NCBI GenBank assembly: GCA_034666965.1
Contig: JAXDKT010000061.1
Span: 457 to 64,456, forward strand
Direction of reading: 5' to 3'
Origin: Chloroflexota bacterium
GTDB taxonomy: Bacteria; Chloroflexota; Limnocylindria; Limnocylindrales; CSP1-4
Length of the DNA: 64,000 nucleotides
The translations under genes and the position numbers were made by a program. This document shows, piece after piece, positions 45,814-56,852 of this stretch (position 1 is the stretch's first letter; each line of letters opens with the position of its first letter). The notes under the pieces are model-generated. The model saw only the letters and a program-made list of their open reading frames with translations, made no database searches and had not been told where the DNA came from.

Positions 45814-47112
45814 TCAGACCGCGACCGCGGCCCGCAGGGCGATGACGAACCTGGCCCCGGCGGGTTCGGCCGGCTCGCACCACAGGTGCGCACCCATCGA
45901 TTCGGACAGGCGCTTGGCCGCGAACAGGCCGATCCCCGAACCGCGTGCCGTGTGGGTGTCGCGTCGGGCGTATGGCTCGAAGATCCGCTGGCGCCACTCA
46001 GGGGGGATCCCGGGACCCTCGTCCGACACGGCGATCCGGACGTTGCCTTCGATCAGCCCGTAGCCGACCGTGATGGCGGTTCCCGGCGGGGCGTACTTCA
46101 CCGCGTTCTCGACGAGGTGCTCGAGGATCTGACGCAGGCGCGGCGGATCCGCCAGGGCGAAGCGGCGGACGCCGGTGTCGACCGTGATCCGGTGATTGCG
46201 CAGGAGCGGGCGCAGGCCACCGACGACCTCGTCGAGGAGCGGCGCGACGTCGACCGGGACGACGTCGAGGGGACGGTCCTCGAGCGGCCGAACCGAGGCC
46301 AGGATGGAGTCGACCAGCCGGTCGAGCCGCTCGATCTGGTCGATCGCCCGGTTGTGCCACTCGTCCCGGGTTCGTCGCCGGATGAGATCCCGGCTCTCGC
46401 GCCCGACCAGCGGCGGCTCCTCGGACAGCAGGTCGGTGTATGCCCGGACGACGGCCAGTGGCGTGCGCAGCTCGTGGGTGACCATCGCGATCAGCTCGGT
46501 CCGCGCTTCGTCGATGGCCTTGAGCGCCTCGACCTGATCTTCCGCCTCGCGCTGGGTCCGCCCCTTCTCCACGATCCCCGCCAGGAGGTCGGCGATGGCC
46601 GACAGCTGGGCCACGTCCGATTCGCCGAACTGGCGGGTCTTCTCGGTCTGGATGTTCAGGACGCCGACGACACCTTCGTGCCACGACAACGGAACCGACA
46701 GCATCGACGCGATGAAGCGACGCTGATCGATGCCGCGGACCCACAGGAAGCGCGGTTCGTGGCGGACGTCCTCGATGACCATTGGCTCGCGCGTCGCGGC
46801 GACCCGGCCCGTCACTCCCTCGGCGAATGGCACCCGAGCGCGCCCGATCTGGTAGCGATCGAGTCCGTTCGTTGCGGCCAGGGTCAGGTGGAGCCCATCG
46901 CGGTCGAGCAGATAGAGCGACGAGACGTCGGCCTGGAGGACGTCGCGGGTCTCGTCGACGATCGTCTCGAGGAGCTCGTCCCACGTGCGCGCGGTCGTGG
47001 CCAGCTTGGCGACACGGTGCAGGAAGCGGAGCTGGTCGAGCTGTCGCTCGGCCGCCGGTCGATCCCCGACCGGCCCGTCATCGGTCCGCACCGCGCCTGC
47101 CATGATCGCCAC
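45814..47112 (-). CDS. GAF-domain sensor histidine kinase
   Basis: GAF (…LYLLDRDGLHLTLAATNGL…GVTGRVA…VPLSWHEGVVGVLNIQ…) plus HisKA (THELRTPLAVV) plus HATPase_c. Cytoplasmic. Confidence 0.9.
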   Translation of the reverse strand: MAIMAGAVRTDDGPVGDRPAAERQLDQLRFLHRVAKLATTARTWDELLETIVDETRDVLQADVSSLYLLDRDGLHLTLAATNGLDRYQIGRARVPFAEGVTGRVAATREPMVIEDVRHEPRFLWVRGIDQRRFIASMLSVPLSWHEGVVGVLNIQTEKTRQFGESDVAQLSAIADLLAGIVEKGRTQREAEDQVEALKAIDEARTELIAMVTHELRTPLAVVRAYTDLLSEEPPLVGRESRDLIRRRTRDEWHNRAIDQIERLDRLVDSILASVRPLEDRPLDVVPVDVAPLLDEVVGGLRPLLRNHRITVDTGVRRFALADPPRLRQILEHLVENAVKYAPPGTAITVGYGLIEGNVRIAVSDEGPGIPPEWRQRIFEPYARRDTHTARGSGIGLFAAKRLSESMGAHLWCEPAEPAGARFVIALRAAVAV

Positions 47113-47337
47113 GATACAAGCCTACGGACGAAGGTGCCGAAACAAGGTTGCGATCCGGTTGCGACCGCTCGAAGTCGTGGTCGCGGCGCGATCTCCGCCG
47201 CAGCAAGAGACCCGGACGGAGGAGGGTCGGTCCGGGTCTCGTGCTTATGGGTACCCGCCCAGCGCGCTCGAATGGGCTCCGGCGCGCCTGCGGGTCGATC
47301 TAAGGATGCGCGCGGATCGTGCGGGTCGGCGCGCGAG

Positions 47338-47442
47338 TCAGATGACCCAGCGCCGGCCGGCCTCGAGGACGAGCGCGAGCGACATCAATGACGCCAGAAC
47401 CACGCCAATCTGCCACGTCCGCGACTTGAACCGAGCCTTCAC
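47338..47442 (-). CDS. Candidate small membrane peptide (34 aa) upstream of the GAF-HK operon
   Basis: GTG start 6 nt downstream of a perfect AGGAGA Shine-Dalgarno. Translation VKARFKSRTWQIGVVLASLMSLALVLEAGRRWVI has one TM helix. Not in the ORF track because it is too short. Confidence 0.3.
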   Translation of the reverse strand: MKARFKSRTWQIGVVLASLMSLALVLEAGRRWVI

Positions 47443-47752
47443 GTCATCTCCTGGTCATCCGCCGTCGGGCTCGCCGTCCAAAGGCCGGGCGACTCGATCG
47501 GACCCTGAGGCTACGCGCCATCCGGCCCAACGCAGAACCCTACGAAGGTACTGGGGCGCGGCGTCCGGGCATGACCCATCGGTACTATCGGGGACCTCTG
47601 GGACAGGCCTCCAGAGCTGCGCCGAACCAGCCGCTGAGTCTCATCCGAGTCGGGAGCTGGGCTCCGGGCACGAACGCAGACAGGGCAGTAGACTCGGCTG
47701 GCACCGCCTTCCCGGCGGCACGACCACCCTCGAATCGAGGTCCTCTCCGACC

Positions 47753-48265
47753 ATGCATCTGGCTCGTCTCGCCCCGGTCCTCGCCCTCGTCGCGTTCGTC
47801 GCCCTGGCGCTGGTCGCCTGCTCGTCCGGTCAGGCGCCCGGCTGGACCTATGCCCCACCGCCGAGTGTCAGCCCGCCCCCATCCGCCGCGGCGTCGGGCT
47901 CGGCGGCCCCCGCGTCCGGCCCGCCGAGCTCCGCGCCTCCCGGCTCGTCCGTGCCCGGCTCCGCCGCTCCGTCGGCCGCGGCCGGCGGGGCGCTCCTCAA
48001 CGAAGTCGCGTCCGGCGTGCAGTTCCAATCGACGACCCTCGAGGCTCCCGCCGGGCAGCCGTTTCAGATCGAGTTCGACAACCAGGACGCGGGCATCCCC
48101 CACAACATCGAGATCCAGGATGGCAGCGGTGCGCTGTCATTCGAGGGCGAGACCATCAACGGCCCGGCCAAGACGACCTACAGCGTTCCCGCGTTGGCCG
48201 CGGGGACCTACAAGTTCCTGTGCAAGTGGCATCCCAACATGACCGGGCAGCTGACCGCCAAGTAG
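47753..48265 (+). CDS. Cupredoxin (blue-copper, plastocyanin/halocyanin-like) lipoprotein
   Basis: Signal peptide plus lipobox LVACS, Pro/Ser/Ala linker, then a cupredoxin domain with ligand pattern H…CKWHPNM (Cys-x2-His-x2-Met). Only the 3' part of track ORF 46985..48265 is real. Confidence 0.75.
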   Translation: MHLARLAPVLALVAFVALALVACSSGQAPGWTYAPPPSVSPPPSAAASGSAAPASGPPSSAPPGSSVPGSAAPSAAAGGALLNEVASGVQFQSTTLEAPAGQPFQIEFDNQDAGIPHNIEIQDGSGALSFEGETINGPAKTTYSVPALAAGTYKFLCKWHPNMTGQLTAK

Positions 48266-48275
48266 GGCGAGCGCG

Positions 48276-49037
48276 GTGACCGACGCCATCTGCTATCGGG
48301 ATGGTTACGCCCGTACCGCTGATGCCATCGTGCGGGCCGTCGAGGTGGCCGATGGCACCGTCCTGGTCGTGCTCGACCGGACCGTCCTCTACCCGGGGGG
48401 CGGTGGTCAGCCGTCGGATCGCGGAGCCCTCGTGCGCGCGGCGGACGGGCGCCGCTGGGTGGTCGCCGGCGCCCGCAAGCGCGGCGCCGACATCGTCCAC
48501 GAGCTTGAGCCCGCGGATCCGATCGGCGCGCACGAGGGCGAGTCGCCGGCCGTCGGCGACCGGCTCGAGGTCAGCCTCGACTGGCCGCGCCGGCTGGCCC
48601 TGATGCGAACCCACACGGCCCTGCACGCCCTGTGCGGGGTCGTCTGGCGCGACTACGGCGCGCTCGTGACCGGCGGCAACATGGAGCCCGGCTCTGGCCG
48701 GATGGATTTTGAGTTCGAGCGGATGGGCGGCGATCTGGTGGCCACCATCGAAGCCACGGTCAATGCCGAGCTCGCCGCCGAGCGCGACGTCCGGGTTGCA
48801 CTGCTGCCTCGCGACGAGGCTTTCGCGATCCCCGACCTGATCCGGACCAAGATCAACCTGCTGCCGGCGGGGATCGAAGAGATCCGAACCGTCGAGATCG
48901 TCGGACTCGATCTCCAGGCCGATGGCGGGACGCACGTCGCCAATACCCGCGAGGTCGGTTCCATCAGAGTGACCGGCTACGAGTCCAAGGGGCGAATCAA
49001 CAAGCGCATCCGCATGGAGCTGGTCGACCCGGCCTGA
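48276..49037 (+). CDS. Alanyl-tRNA editing protein (AlaX-M-like Ser-tRNA(Ala) deacylase)
   Basis: 253 aa with the zinc-binding HxxxH (HTALHAL), downstream Cys, and a GG-rich N-terminal region typical of AlaRS-editing-domain paralogs. Confidence 0.75.
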   Translation: MTDAICYRDGYARTADAIVRAVEVADGTVLVVLDRTVLYPGGGGQPSDRGALVRAADGRRWVVAGARKRGADIVHELEPADPIGAHEGESPAVGDRLEVSLDWPRRLALMRTHTALHALCGVVWRDYGALVTGGNMEPGSGRMDFEFERMGGDLVATIEATVNAELAAERDVRVALLPRDEAFAIPDLIRTKINLLPAGIEEIRTVEIVGLDLQADGGTHVANTREVGSIRVTGYESKGRINKRIRMELVDPA

Positions 49038-49111
49038 CTCCAGCAGGGGCACGGGCGCGCTCCCGCGCCGCGGGCTAGACTCGGGCATTCGTTGCCGAGG
49101 CTGCCCCACCG

Positions 49112-49813
49112 ATGCTCGAGACCGCCGACATCACGCTCCAGGCCGACCTCGCGTTTCGGCTGGTCGTGGCCTCCGCGCTCGGGGCGCTGATCGGCCTCGA
49201 GCGCGAGATCCACCAACATCCGGCCGGCATGCGCACCCACCTGCTGGTGTCGTTCGGGTCGGCCATGTTCACCGTGCTGTCGGCGTTCGGGTTCGTCGGC
49301 GTGCTCACCGCTGGCGAGGGCACGGCTCCCGACCCGACCCGGATCGCCGCCCAGGTCGTGACCGGCATCGGCTTCCTTGGGGCGGGCGCGATCATCAAGT
49401 ACGGAACGTCGATCCGGGGCCTGACCACCGCCGGCAGCCTGTGGGCAACCTCGGCCATCGGGATGGCCGCGGGTGCCGGCCAGCCGCTCATCGCTGTGGT
49501 GGGGACGGCGATCGTCCTGTTCAGCCTGTGGCCCTTGAACTGGATCGTCGAGCGACTCCACATCGGGCGCGACCGGACGGTCCGTCTCCGCCTCCAGCTT
49601 GATGGCCTCGAGCCGCTCGGGGCGCTCACCCGCGAGCTGGCCGCCCACCGGGTCGAGCTGGCCGGGATTCAGAGCGAGCGGCTGGGCAAGAACCGCTACG
49701 AGGTCGAGATCGAGGTGCGGCCGCCGGCCGGGCTCCGGATGGACGGCCTGATCCAGCTGATCACGGCGTTGCCCGACCTCGAGGTGCTCGAGTCGGCGAG
49801 CGTGGTCGAATAG
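49112..49813 (+). CDS. mgtC: MgtC/SapB-family membrane protein
   Basis: 233 aa. N-terminal MgtC TM domain (…ALIGLEREIHQHPAGMRTHLLVS…TGIGFLGAGAIIK…) plus C-terminal ACT-like domain. Confidence 0.85.
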   Translation: MLETADITLQADLAFRLVVASALGALIGLEREIHQHPAGMRTHLLVSFGSAMFTVLSAFGFVGVLTAGEGTAPDPTRIAAQVVTGIGFLGAGAIIKYGTSIRGLTTAGSLWATSAIGMAAGAGQPLIAVVGTAIVLFSLWPLNWIVERLHIGRDRTVRLRLQLDGLEPLGALTRELAAHRVELAGIQSERLGKNRYEVEIEVRPPAGLRMDGLIQLITALPDLEVLESASVVE

Positions 49814-49866
49814 GTGCAGTTGGGGTGATTTAGGACACGCGTCCGAGCCGCTAGACTCGGCGTCCT

Positions 49867-51096
49867 ATGTTGCGAGGCCTGCGCGCGCGTCTCTTCGGCT
49901 CGCCGATCATGCGCCGGATCCAGTTCTACACCCGGCGAGCCAGTGGCGAGCTCGACCGGCGCTTCTTCATCAGCCTGGTCGAGGGGATCCTGATCATCGT
50001 CGCGATCGCGGCGGTGTCGGTCACGCTGCTCGAGAAGAGCTGGACGCTGGGCTCGTTCGGGTCGTCGTTCTACTGGGGGCTGACCACGGTCCTCGGCCAG
50101 GGCGACAGCTCGTACATCGTGTCGCCGGCCGGTTGGATCATCAGCTGGCTGCTCATCCTGTTCGGGGTCGCGCTGTTCGGAACGATCACCGGAGCGCTGA
50201 TCGCAATCGTCATCGACTTTCTGCTCAAGGAGGGCCAGGGCATGGGTGCATCCGGCTACGAAGGCCACGTCATCGTGTGCGGCTGGAACACCACCGCCCG
50301 GGACCTGATCCAGGAGCTCAAGACCGACGCGTACAAGGTCAAGATCGTGCTCATCGCGGCCCTCGACAAGAACCCCGCCGGCGATGGGGTGTACTTCGTC
50401 AAGGGCGATCCGACCGAGCCGGCGGACCTCGAGCGCGCGGGCATTGCCCAGGCATCGGCCGCGCTCGTCTTCCCGACCGACGACTCCAACGACAGCGACA
50501 TGCGCTCGATCCTCACGGTCATGGCCGTCGAGTCGGTCGCCCCCGGGGTCCGAACGGTGGCGGAGGTCAACAACCCACGCCATGCCGACCATTTCCGTCG
50601 GGCCCACGTCGACGAGCTGCTGGTGTCGTCCCAGGTCGGGGCCCGACTGCTGGCCCGCTCGGCGCTCTATCCGGGGTTGACCGAGCTGGTCGCCGACATC
50701 GTGTCCGGGGGTGAGGGGTCCGAGCTGTACCGGATCGCGATCCCCGACGGCTATCTCGGGCTGTCGGTCGACCAGGTCAGCGCCCAGCTCCGGTCCGAGC
50801 ACCGGGCGACGCTGCTGTCGATCAGTCGCGGGGGCAAGTCCTACATCAATCCGCCGGCCGACTTCCGGATCGCCGCCGGCGACGATGCCGTGGTCGTGGC
50901 GGAGTCGCTGGGAACGCTCGCTCCGCTGGTCATCCGGCACGGCGAGCCGAACGACGTCGAGGGGGTCCCGATGGCCTTGGGCGGTGCCGCCGACGGTCGG
51001 AGCACGAGCCGCTTCGGCCGGCCGGCACCGGTCGTGTCGGCCGCGAGTGAACCGAGCCCGGACCCGAAGCGCAAGAAGAAGAACTCGCGCGGCTGA
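49867..51096 (+). CDS. Potassium-channel-like ion transporter with TrkA-N (RCK) domain
   Basis: 2-TM pore module with a selectivity-filter-like TTVLGQGD, followed by Rossmann RCK (HVIVCGWNTTARDLIQEL) and TrkA-C-like regions. Lys-rich C-terminus. Confidence 0.75.
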   Translation: MLRGLRARLFGSPIMRRIQFYTRRASGELDRRFFISLVEGILIIVAIAAVSVTLLEKSWTLGSFGSSFYWGLTTVLGQGDSSYIVSPAGWIISWLLILFGVALFGTITGALIAIVIDFLLKEGQGMGASGYEGHVIVCGWNTTARDLIQELKTDAYKVKIVLIAALDKNPAGDGVYFVKGDPTEPADLERAGIAQASAALVFPTDDSNDSDMRSILTVMAVESVAPGVRTVAEVNNPRHADHFRRAHVDELLVSSQVGARLLARSALYPGLTELVADIVSGGEGSELYRIAIPDGYLGLSVDQVSAQLRSEHRATLLSISRGGKSYINPPADFRIAAGDDAVVVAESLGTLAPLVIRHGEPNDVEGVPMALGGAADGRSTSRFGRPAPVVSAASEPSPDPKRKKKNSRG

Positions 51097-51142
51097 GGTG
51101 TACCCCTAGGGCGATCCCCGCCGGCGGCCCGGCGGTGGGCGG

Positions 51143-52588
<1,446 letters not shown>

Positions 52589-52603
52589 CGACCCGCTCCC
52601 CGA

Positions 52604-52936
52604 CTACGCGCCCGGGGCGCTCGAGGCGCCCTCGGATCCGGCCCTGACGGCCGCCGGCTTCTTGCGGAACATCTGGAGCATGCGATCGGTCACGACGTAG
52701 CCGCCAACCACGTTCATGGCCCCGAAGACCATGGCCACGAAGGCCAGCAGGTAGCTGACCGGGTGATCCGCCTCGGCGGCGATGAACATCGCCCCGACCA
52801 GCACGATCCCGTGGATCGAGTTGGCACCCGACATCAGCGGCGTGTGGAGGGTGGCCGGGACCTTGCTGATGACCTCGAACCCGACCAGGATCGCCAGCAC
52901 GAAGATCGCCAGCGAGGTGAGCAGCTCCTGGCTCAT
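52604..52936 (-). CDS. pntA: NAD(P) transhydrogenase subunit alpha part 2 (membrane)
   Basis: 110 aa, 3-4 TM (MSQELLTSLAIFVLAILVGFEVISKVP…). ATGA overlap with pntAA. Only this tail of track ORF 52604..55312 is real. Confidence 0.8.
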   Translation of the reverse strand: MSQELLTSLAIFVLAILVGFEVISKVPATLHTPLMSGANSIHGIVLVGAMFIAAEADHPVSYLLAFVAMVFGAMNVVGGYVVTDRMLQMFRKKPAAVRAGSEGASSAPGA

Positions 52937-54099
52937 CGGCCACCGCCCGCGGGCGCGCTCGGCGCCGGCTCGAGGAGCTTCTTCGTCGCCGCCTGGACGA
53001 CCTTCCCGTCGTGGGTGATGACCGTGCCCGCGGTGATCTCCTCGTCGAAGTCGTAGGTCATCGCACCGTCCTTGATGAAATGGAGCAGGAGCGCGGAGAT
53101 GTTCCGCGCGTAGAACGCCGACGCGCCGGCGGGCATCGTCGCCGGCAGGTTGTCCGGCGCGATGATGGTCACTCCGTTGTCGGTCACGACCGTCTCGCCG
53201 GCCTTGCTCAGCTCGACGTTGCCGCCCAGGGCCGACGCGGCCATGTCGACGATGACCGAGCCCGGGCGCATCCCCGCGACGGCCGCCGCGGTCACCAGCA
53301 ATGGCGGCCGGCGCCCCGGGACCTGGGCGGTGGTGATGACCACGTCCATGGTCGCGATGTGACCGTTGAGCTCGGCCTGCTGGGCGGCCTGCTCCTCCGC
53401 TGTGAGCTGGCGGGCGTAGCCGCCCTCGCCCGAGGCGTCGGCCACCGATTTGAGCACGATGAACGTCGCGCCCAGCGACTCGGCCTGCTCCTTGGTCTCC
53501 GCACGGACGTCGTAGGCCTTGACCACGGCTCCCAGGCGACGGGCCGTGCCGATCGCCTGGAGACCGGCCACGCCGATCCCGAGCACCAACAGGTTCGCCG
53601 GCTTGGCCGTTCCGGCGGCGGTGGTCAGCAACGGGAAATAGCGGCCGTAGGCGTTGGCCGCGATGAGGACCGCCTTGTAGCCCCCGACGTTGGCCTGGGA
53701 GCTGAGCGCGTCCATCGACTGGGCCCGGGACAGGGTTCGCGGCAGGGCGTCGAGGCTGATCGCGGTCACACCCACGTCCGCCAGTCTGGCCGCCAGCGCC
53801 GGCTCGATGAGCGGCGCCAGAAAGCCGATCAGCGCCTGACCCTTGCGCAGCCGGCCGACCTCGGCCTCCGACGGCTTCTGGACCCGCAGCAGGACGTCGG
53901 ACTGGGCGTACAGGTCGTCGGTCGAGACGATCGTGGCGCCGGACTCTGCGTAAGCCGAATCGGGGATCGCCGCCCCGCCCCCGGCGCCGGCCTCGACCAG
54001 GATCTCCAGCCCGGCCGCCGTGAGCTTGCCGAGCGCTTCGGGTACCAAGGCGACGCGCCGTTCGTCGGCCGCGGTCTCCCTGGCGACGCCGACCTTCAT
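52933..54099 (-). CDS. pntA: NAD(P) transhydrogenase subunit alpha part 1 (dI, NAD(H)-binding)
   Basis: AlaDH/PNT-type fold (…VLGIGVAGLQAIGTARRLGAVV…). Start at MKVGVARE (the ORF extends to 54108). Confidence 0.9.
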   Translation of the reverse strand: MKVGVARETAADERRVALVPEALGKLTAAGLEILVEAGAGGGAAIPDSAYAESGATIVSTDDLYAQSDVLLRVQKPSEAEVGRLRKGQALIGFLAPLIEPALAARLADVGVTAISLDALPRTLSRAQSMDALSSQANVGGYKAVLIAANAYGRYFPLLTTAAGTAKPANLLVLGIGVAGLQAIGTARRLGAVVKAYDVRAETKEQAESLGATFIVLKSVADASGEGGYARQLTAEEQAAQQAELNGHIATMDVVITTAQVPGRRPPLLVTAAAVAGMRPGSVIVDMAASALGGNVELSKAGETVVTDNGVTIIAPDNLPATMPAGASAFYARNISALLLHFIKDGAMTYDFDEEITAGTVITHDGKVVQAATKKLLEPAPSAPAGGGR

Positions 54100-54289
54100 G
54101 GGCACCACCTGTGGGATCTTGGGTTCGGGGATATCGCCGCCAAGGATACCCGCGCCGGTGGCTGTCGTGCGGCCGACGTCGGTCGCGATCGGGTTGCCGC
54201 CAGGTTCCGGGACGGCCGCCCGTCGACGCAGCGGCGCCTCCGCTAGGATGGTCTGCCCGGCTGTGGCCGGCCCACAGGAGGACTCTCGG

Positions 54290-55279
54290 ATGACCGCGAT
54301 CGGCTACGCCGCGATGCTCGAGCAGTTCCATCCGACGGAGCTGCTCGACCACTGCGCGGCGGCCGAGGCCGCCGGCTTTTCGGCGGGCTTCATGGTTTCC
54401 GAGCATTTCCACCCCTGGACTCCGCAGCAGGGCCAGAGCGCCTTCGCGTGGAGCTTCATGGGCGCCCTCGGTCAGCGCACGTCGCTGCCCTTTGGGACGG
54501 CCGTCACCTGCCCGGGCTTCCGCTACCACCCAGCGGTCATCGCCCACGCCGCGGCGACCCTCGGGGCGATGTACCCGGGCCGGTTCTGGCTGGGGCTGGG
54601 TGCCGGCGAGGCGCTCAACGAGCACGTCGTCGGCGGCGCCTGGCCGGAGGTCGGGGTCCGCAGCGCGATGATGTTCGAGGCGGTCGAGATGATCACCAAG
54701 CTCTTCGGGGGCGACGTGGTCAGGCACCGCGGCGACCACTTCATCCTCGAAAGCGCGAAGCTCTACACCCGCCCCGAGACCCCGGTCCGGATCTACGTCG
54801 CCACGGCCGGCCCGGTGAACGCCAAACGAACCGGCCGGCTGGCCGACGGGATGATCACGGTGGGGGCCGCGGACGCCAAGATCGAAATGCTGTGGGGCAA
54901 GTTCGAGGAGGGTGCCCGCGAGGCCGGCAAGGATCCAAGCGGCATGCCCAAGCTCCTCCAGGTCCACATCAGCTGGGCCCGGACCGACCAGGAGGCGATC
55001 GACAACGCGCTGCGCGAATGGCCCAACGGCGGGATGCCCTTCCCCAAGCAGGACATCAAGAACCCGGAGGACTTCGCGGCCATGGCCCGCCTGGTCCGCT
55101 CCGAGGACTTCACCGATCGGGTCCTGATGACCTCGGACCTGGCCGCGCACATTGCCTATCTCCAGCGCTATGTGGACATGGGCTTCGATGAGATCCACAT
55201 CCACAACGTCGGTCGCAACCAGGCCGAGTTCCTCGATGTCTTCGGTCGCGAGGTCCTGCCGGCGCTCCGGCTCGGCTGA
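54290..55279 (+). CDS. F420-dependent glucose-6-phosphate dehydrogenase-like LLM-family oxidoreductase
   Basis: 329 aa (…GFMVSEHFHPW…LGLGAGEALNEHV…) matches the Fgd/LLM F420-dependent subgroup. Track ORF 54020 starts too early; ATG 54290 is preceded by CAGGAGGA. Confidence 0.8.
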   Translation: MTAIGYAAMLEQFHPTELLDHCAAAEAAGFSAGFMVSEHFHPWTPQQGQSAFAWSFMGALGQRTSLPFGTAVTCPGFRYHPAVIAHAAATLGAMYPGRFWLGLGAGEALNEHVVGGAWPEVGVRSAMMFEAVEMITKLFGGDVVRHRGDHFILESAKLYTRPETPVRIYVATAGPVNAKRTGRLADGMITVGAADAKIEMLWGKFEEGAREAGKDPSGMPKLLQVHISWARTDQEAIDNALREWPNGGMPFPKQDIKNPEDFAAMARLVRSEDFTDRVLMTSDLAAHIAYLQRYVDMGFDEIHIHNVGRNQAEFLDVFGREVLPALRLG

Positions 55280-55408
55280 TCCGGTCTGCGCCGACGGGGC
55301 TGGAAGTGGCACTCCCGCGCGTGTGGTGCGTCACGGCCACGGGATTCTGCGTCGCCGGCCGGATCGGACGCTTTTGGGTCTAGGAGGCGGCTCGTCGGCG
55401 GGTTAGGA

Positions 55409-56155
55409 TTGTCAGGTCGCCGGCAAGGGCACCCGTGGACGCCGCGACGATCGAAAGGGTCTGACCAACTGAACCAGAAGCGGCCCGACCGCCGACTCCT
55501 CGCCCTTGCCATCGGCACGGTCGCCGCCTTCGTGCTGGTCTCCTGCGGCCCGTTCGGCCCCCCAACCGAGGCCCCCCAGGGCCGCGCCGATTCCGGCCAA
55601 TCGGCGGCGATCCCGCGGCCCGACCAGGCCACCGTCGCGCTCGGTCCAACCGGGCCCGGCTATGACGGCTCGTCTGACTTCCTGTCGTTCGCCTCGCAGC
55701 TGTCGCCGGACACGGCCCTGTCGGCCTACGTCAGCCAGCTGCTCGCTGCCGGCTATCGCGCCGCTGGCCGGCAGGGTGGCTGGCTGGTGTTCGCCGACGG
55801 GACGATGACCGTCTGGGTCCGGGCCGGGTCGGCCGGTCCACCGACGACGCTCGTGGTCAGGTACGCGCAGACCGCCGAAGCTGGACTGGCGGACCCCACG
55901 GTCCGGCCCAGGTCCACCGCGCCGGCGTCGGGCACCGCGTCCGGAACTGGCACGCGCTCGACCACCGGCGGAACCAAGCCCGGCCAGGGAGCGACGTCCG
56001 CTCGTCGGCCCGATCCGCCCCACGCCGCCGGCAAGCCTGGCACGGTCGGTCCAGCCGGGGAAACGGCGTCCGGCTCCAGCGGCACGGATGCCGGGCACCC
56101 GGGACCAGCCTCCGGCGACGACCGCGGCAGCGGCGCAACCGGCAACAGACCATGA
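55409..56155 (+). CDS. Hypothetical lipoprotein with low-complexity C-terminus
   Basis: Signal peptide/lipobox (…LLALAIGTVAAFVLVSC) followed by a small domain and a Gly/Thr/Ser/Pro-rich tail. Overlaps the RR start by 4 nt. Real start uncertain. Confidence 0.5.
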   Translation: MSGRRQGHPWTPRRSKGSDQLNQKRPDRRLLALAIGTVAAFVLVSCGPFGPPTEAPQGRADSGQSAAIPRPDQATVALGPTGPGYDGSSDFLSFASQLSPDTALSAYVSQLLAAGYRAAGRQGGWLVFADGTMTVWVRAGSAGPPTTLVVRYAQTAEAGLADPTVRPRSTAPASGTASGTGTRSTTGGTKPGQGATSARRPDPPHAAGKPGTVGPAGETASGSSGTDAGHPGPASGDDRGSGATGNRP

Positions 56156-56844
56156 CCGAACGACATCGCCTCCTGCTGGTCGACGACGACGCCCAGCTGA
56201 CCCAATTCCTGGGTGCCCGCCTTCGGCGCGACGGGTTCGACGTGACGGTCGCTGGATCGGGCGGTGAGGCGCTGGCGGCGATCGACAGCGCCTGGCCAGA
56301 TCTCGTCCTGCTCGACCTGATGATGCCGGGGATCGGCGGCGAGGAGGTGGCCGCCGGGATCAAGCGTCGGGCCGACATTCCGATCGTGGTCCTGTCCGCC
56401 GTTGCGACCTCGCGCTCGAAGACGGAGCTCATCGAGCACTACGCCGAGGACTACGTCACCAAGCCCTTCGACTACCCCGAGCTGGTTGCCCGGATCCACC
56501 GCGTTCTGCGCCGGCTCAACGAGCGGATCCCCAGCGAGCTGCTCGACCTCGGGCCGCAGCTCTCGCTCGCGCTGCGCCGTCGCGAAGCCGTGGTCGCCGG
56601 CCACCCGGTCGCCCTGTCTCCGACCGAGACGCGGATGTTGGCGACCCTGGCGGCGAACCTCGGCACCACCATCAGCACGGACCAGCTCCTGGCCCGGGTC
56701 TGGAGCGACGCGGATGGCGCGGATCCGGCCTACGTGTGGGTCGCGATCCGACGCTTGCGGCGCAAGATCGAGGTCGACCCGGATGAGCCACGCCACCTCC
56801 TGACCGACCGGAGCGGCGGCTACCGGCTGGTCGCGGCCGGCTGA
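56152..56844 (+). CDS. OmpR-family response regulator
   Basis: Receiver (LLLVDDDAQLTQF…LLDLMMPGIGG…EDYVTKPF) plus winged helix (…LSPTETRMLATLA…GGYRL). Confidence 0.9.
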   Translation: MTERHRLLLVDDDAQLTQFLGARLRRDGFDVTVAGSGGEALAAIDSAWPDLVLLDLMMPGIGGEEVAAGIKRRADIPIVVLSAVATSRSKTELIEHYAEDYVTKPFDYPELVARIHRVLRRLNERIPSELLDLGPQLSLALRRREAVVAGHPVALSPTETRMLATLAANLGTTISTDQLLARVWSDADGADPAYVWVAIRRLRRKIEVDPDEPRHLLTDRSGGYRLVAAG

Positions 56845-56852
56845 CCGGTCCC

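Noticed and set aside
46985-47752. 426-aa ORF spanning the HK start and the cupredoxin gene
   Set aside because: Only the last 170 codons (from MHLARL…) are protein-like: signal peptide, lipobox and cupredoxin domain. The upstream part crosses a non-coding region and the HK start on the other strand.
55168-55632. Minus-strand 154-aa ORF in the gap between the F420-G6PD-like gene and the lipoprotein gene
   Set aside because: Arg/Pro/Gly-rich composition. It overlaps the plausible start region of the + strand lipoprotein gene and has no RBS.
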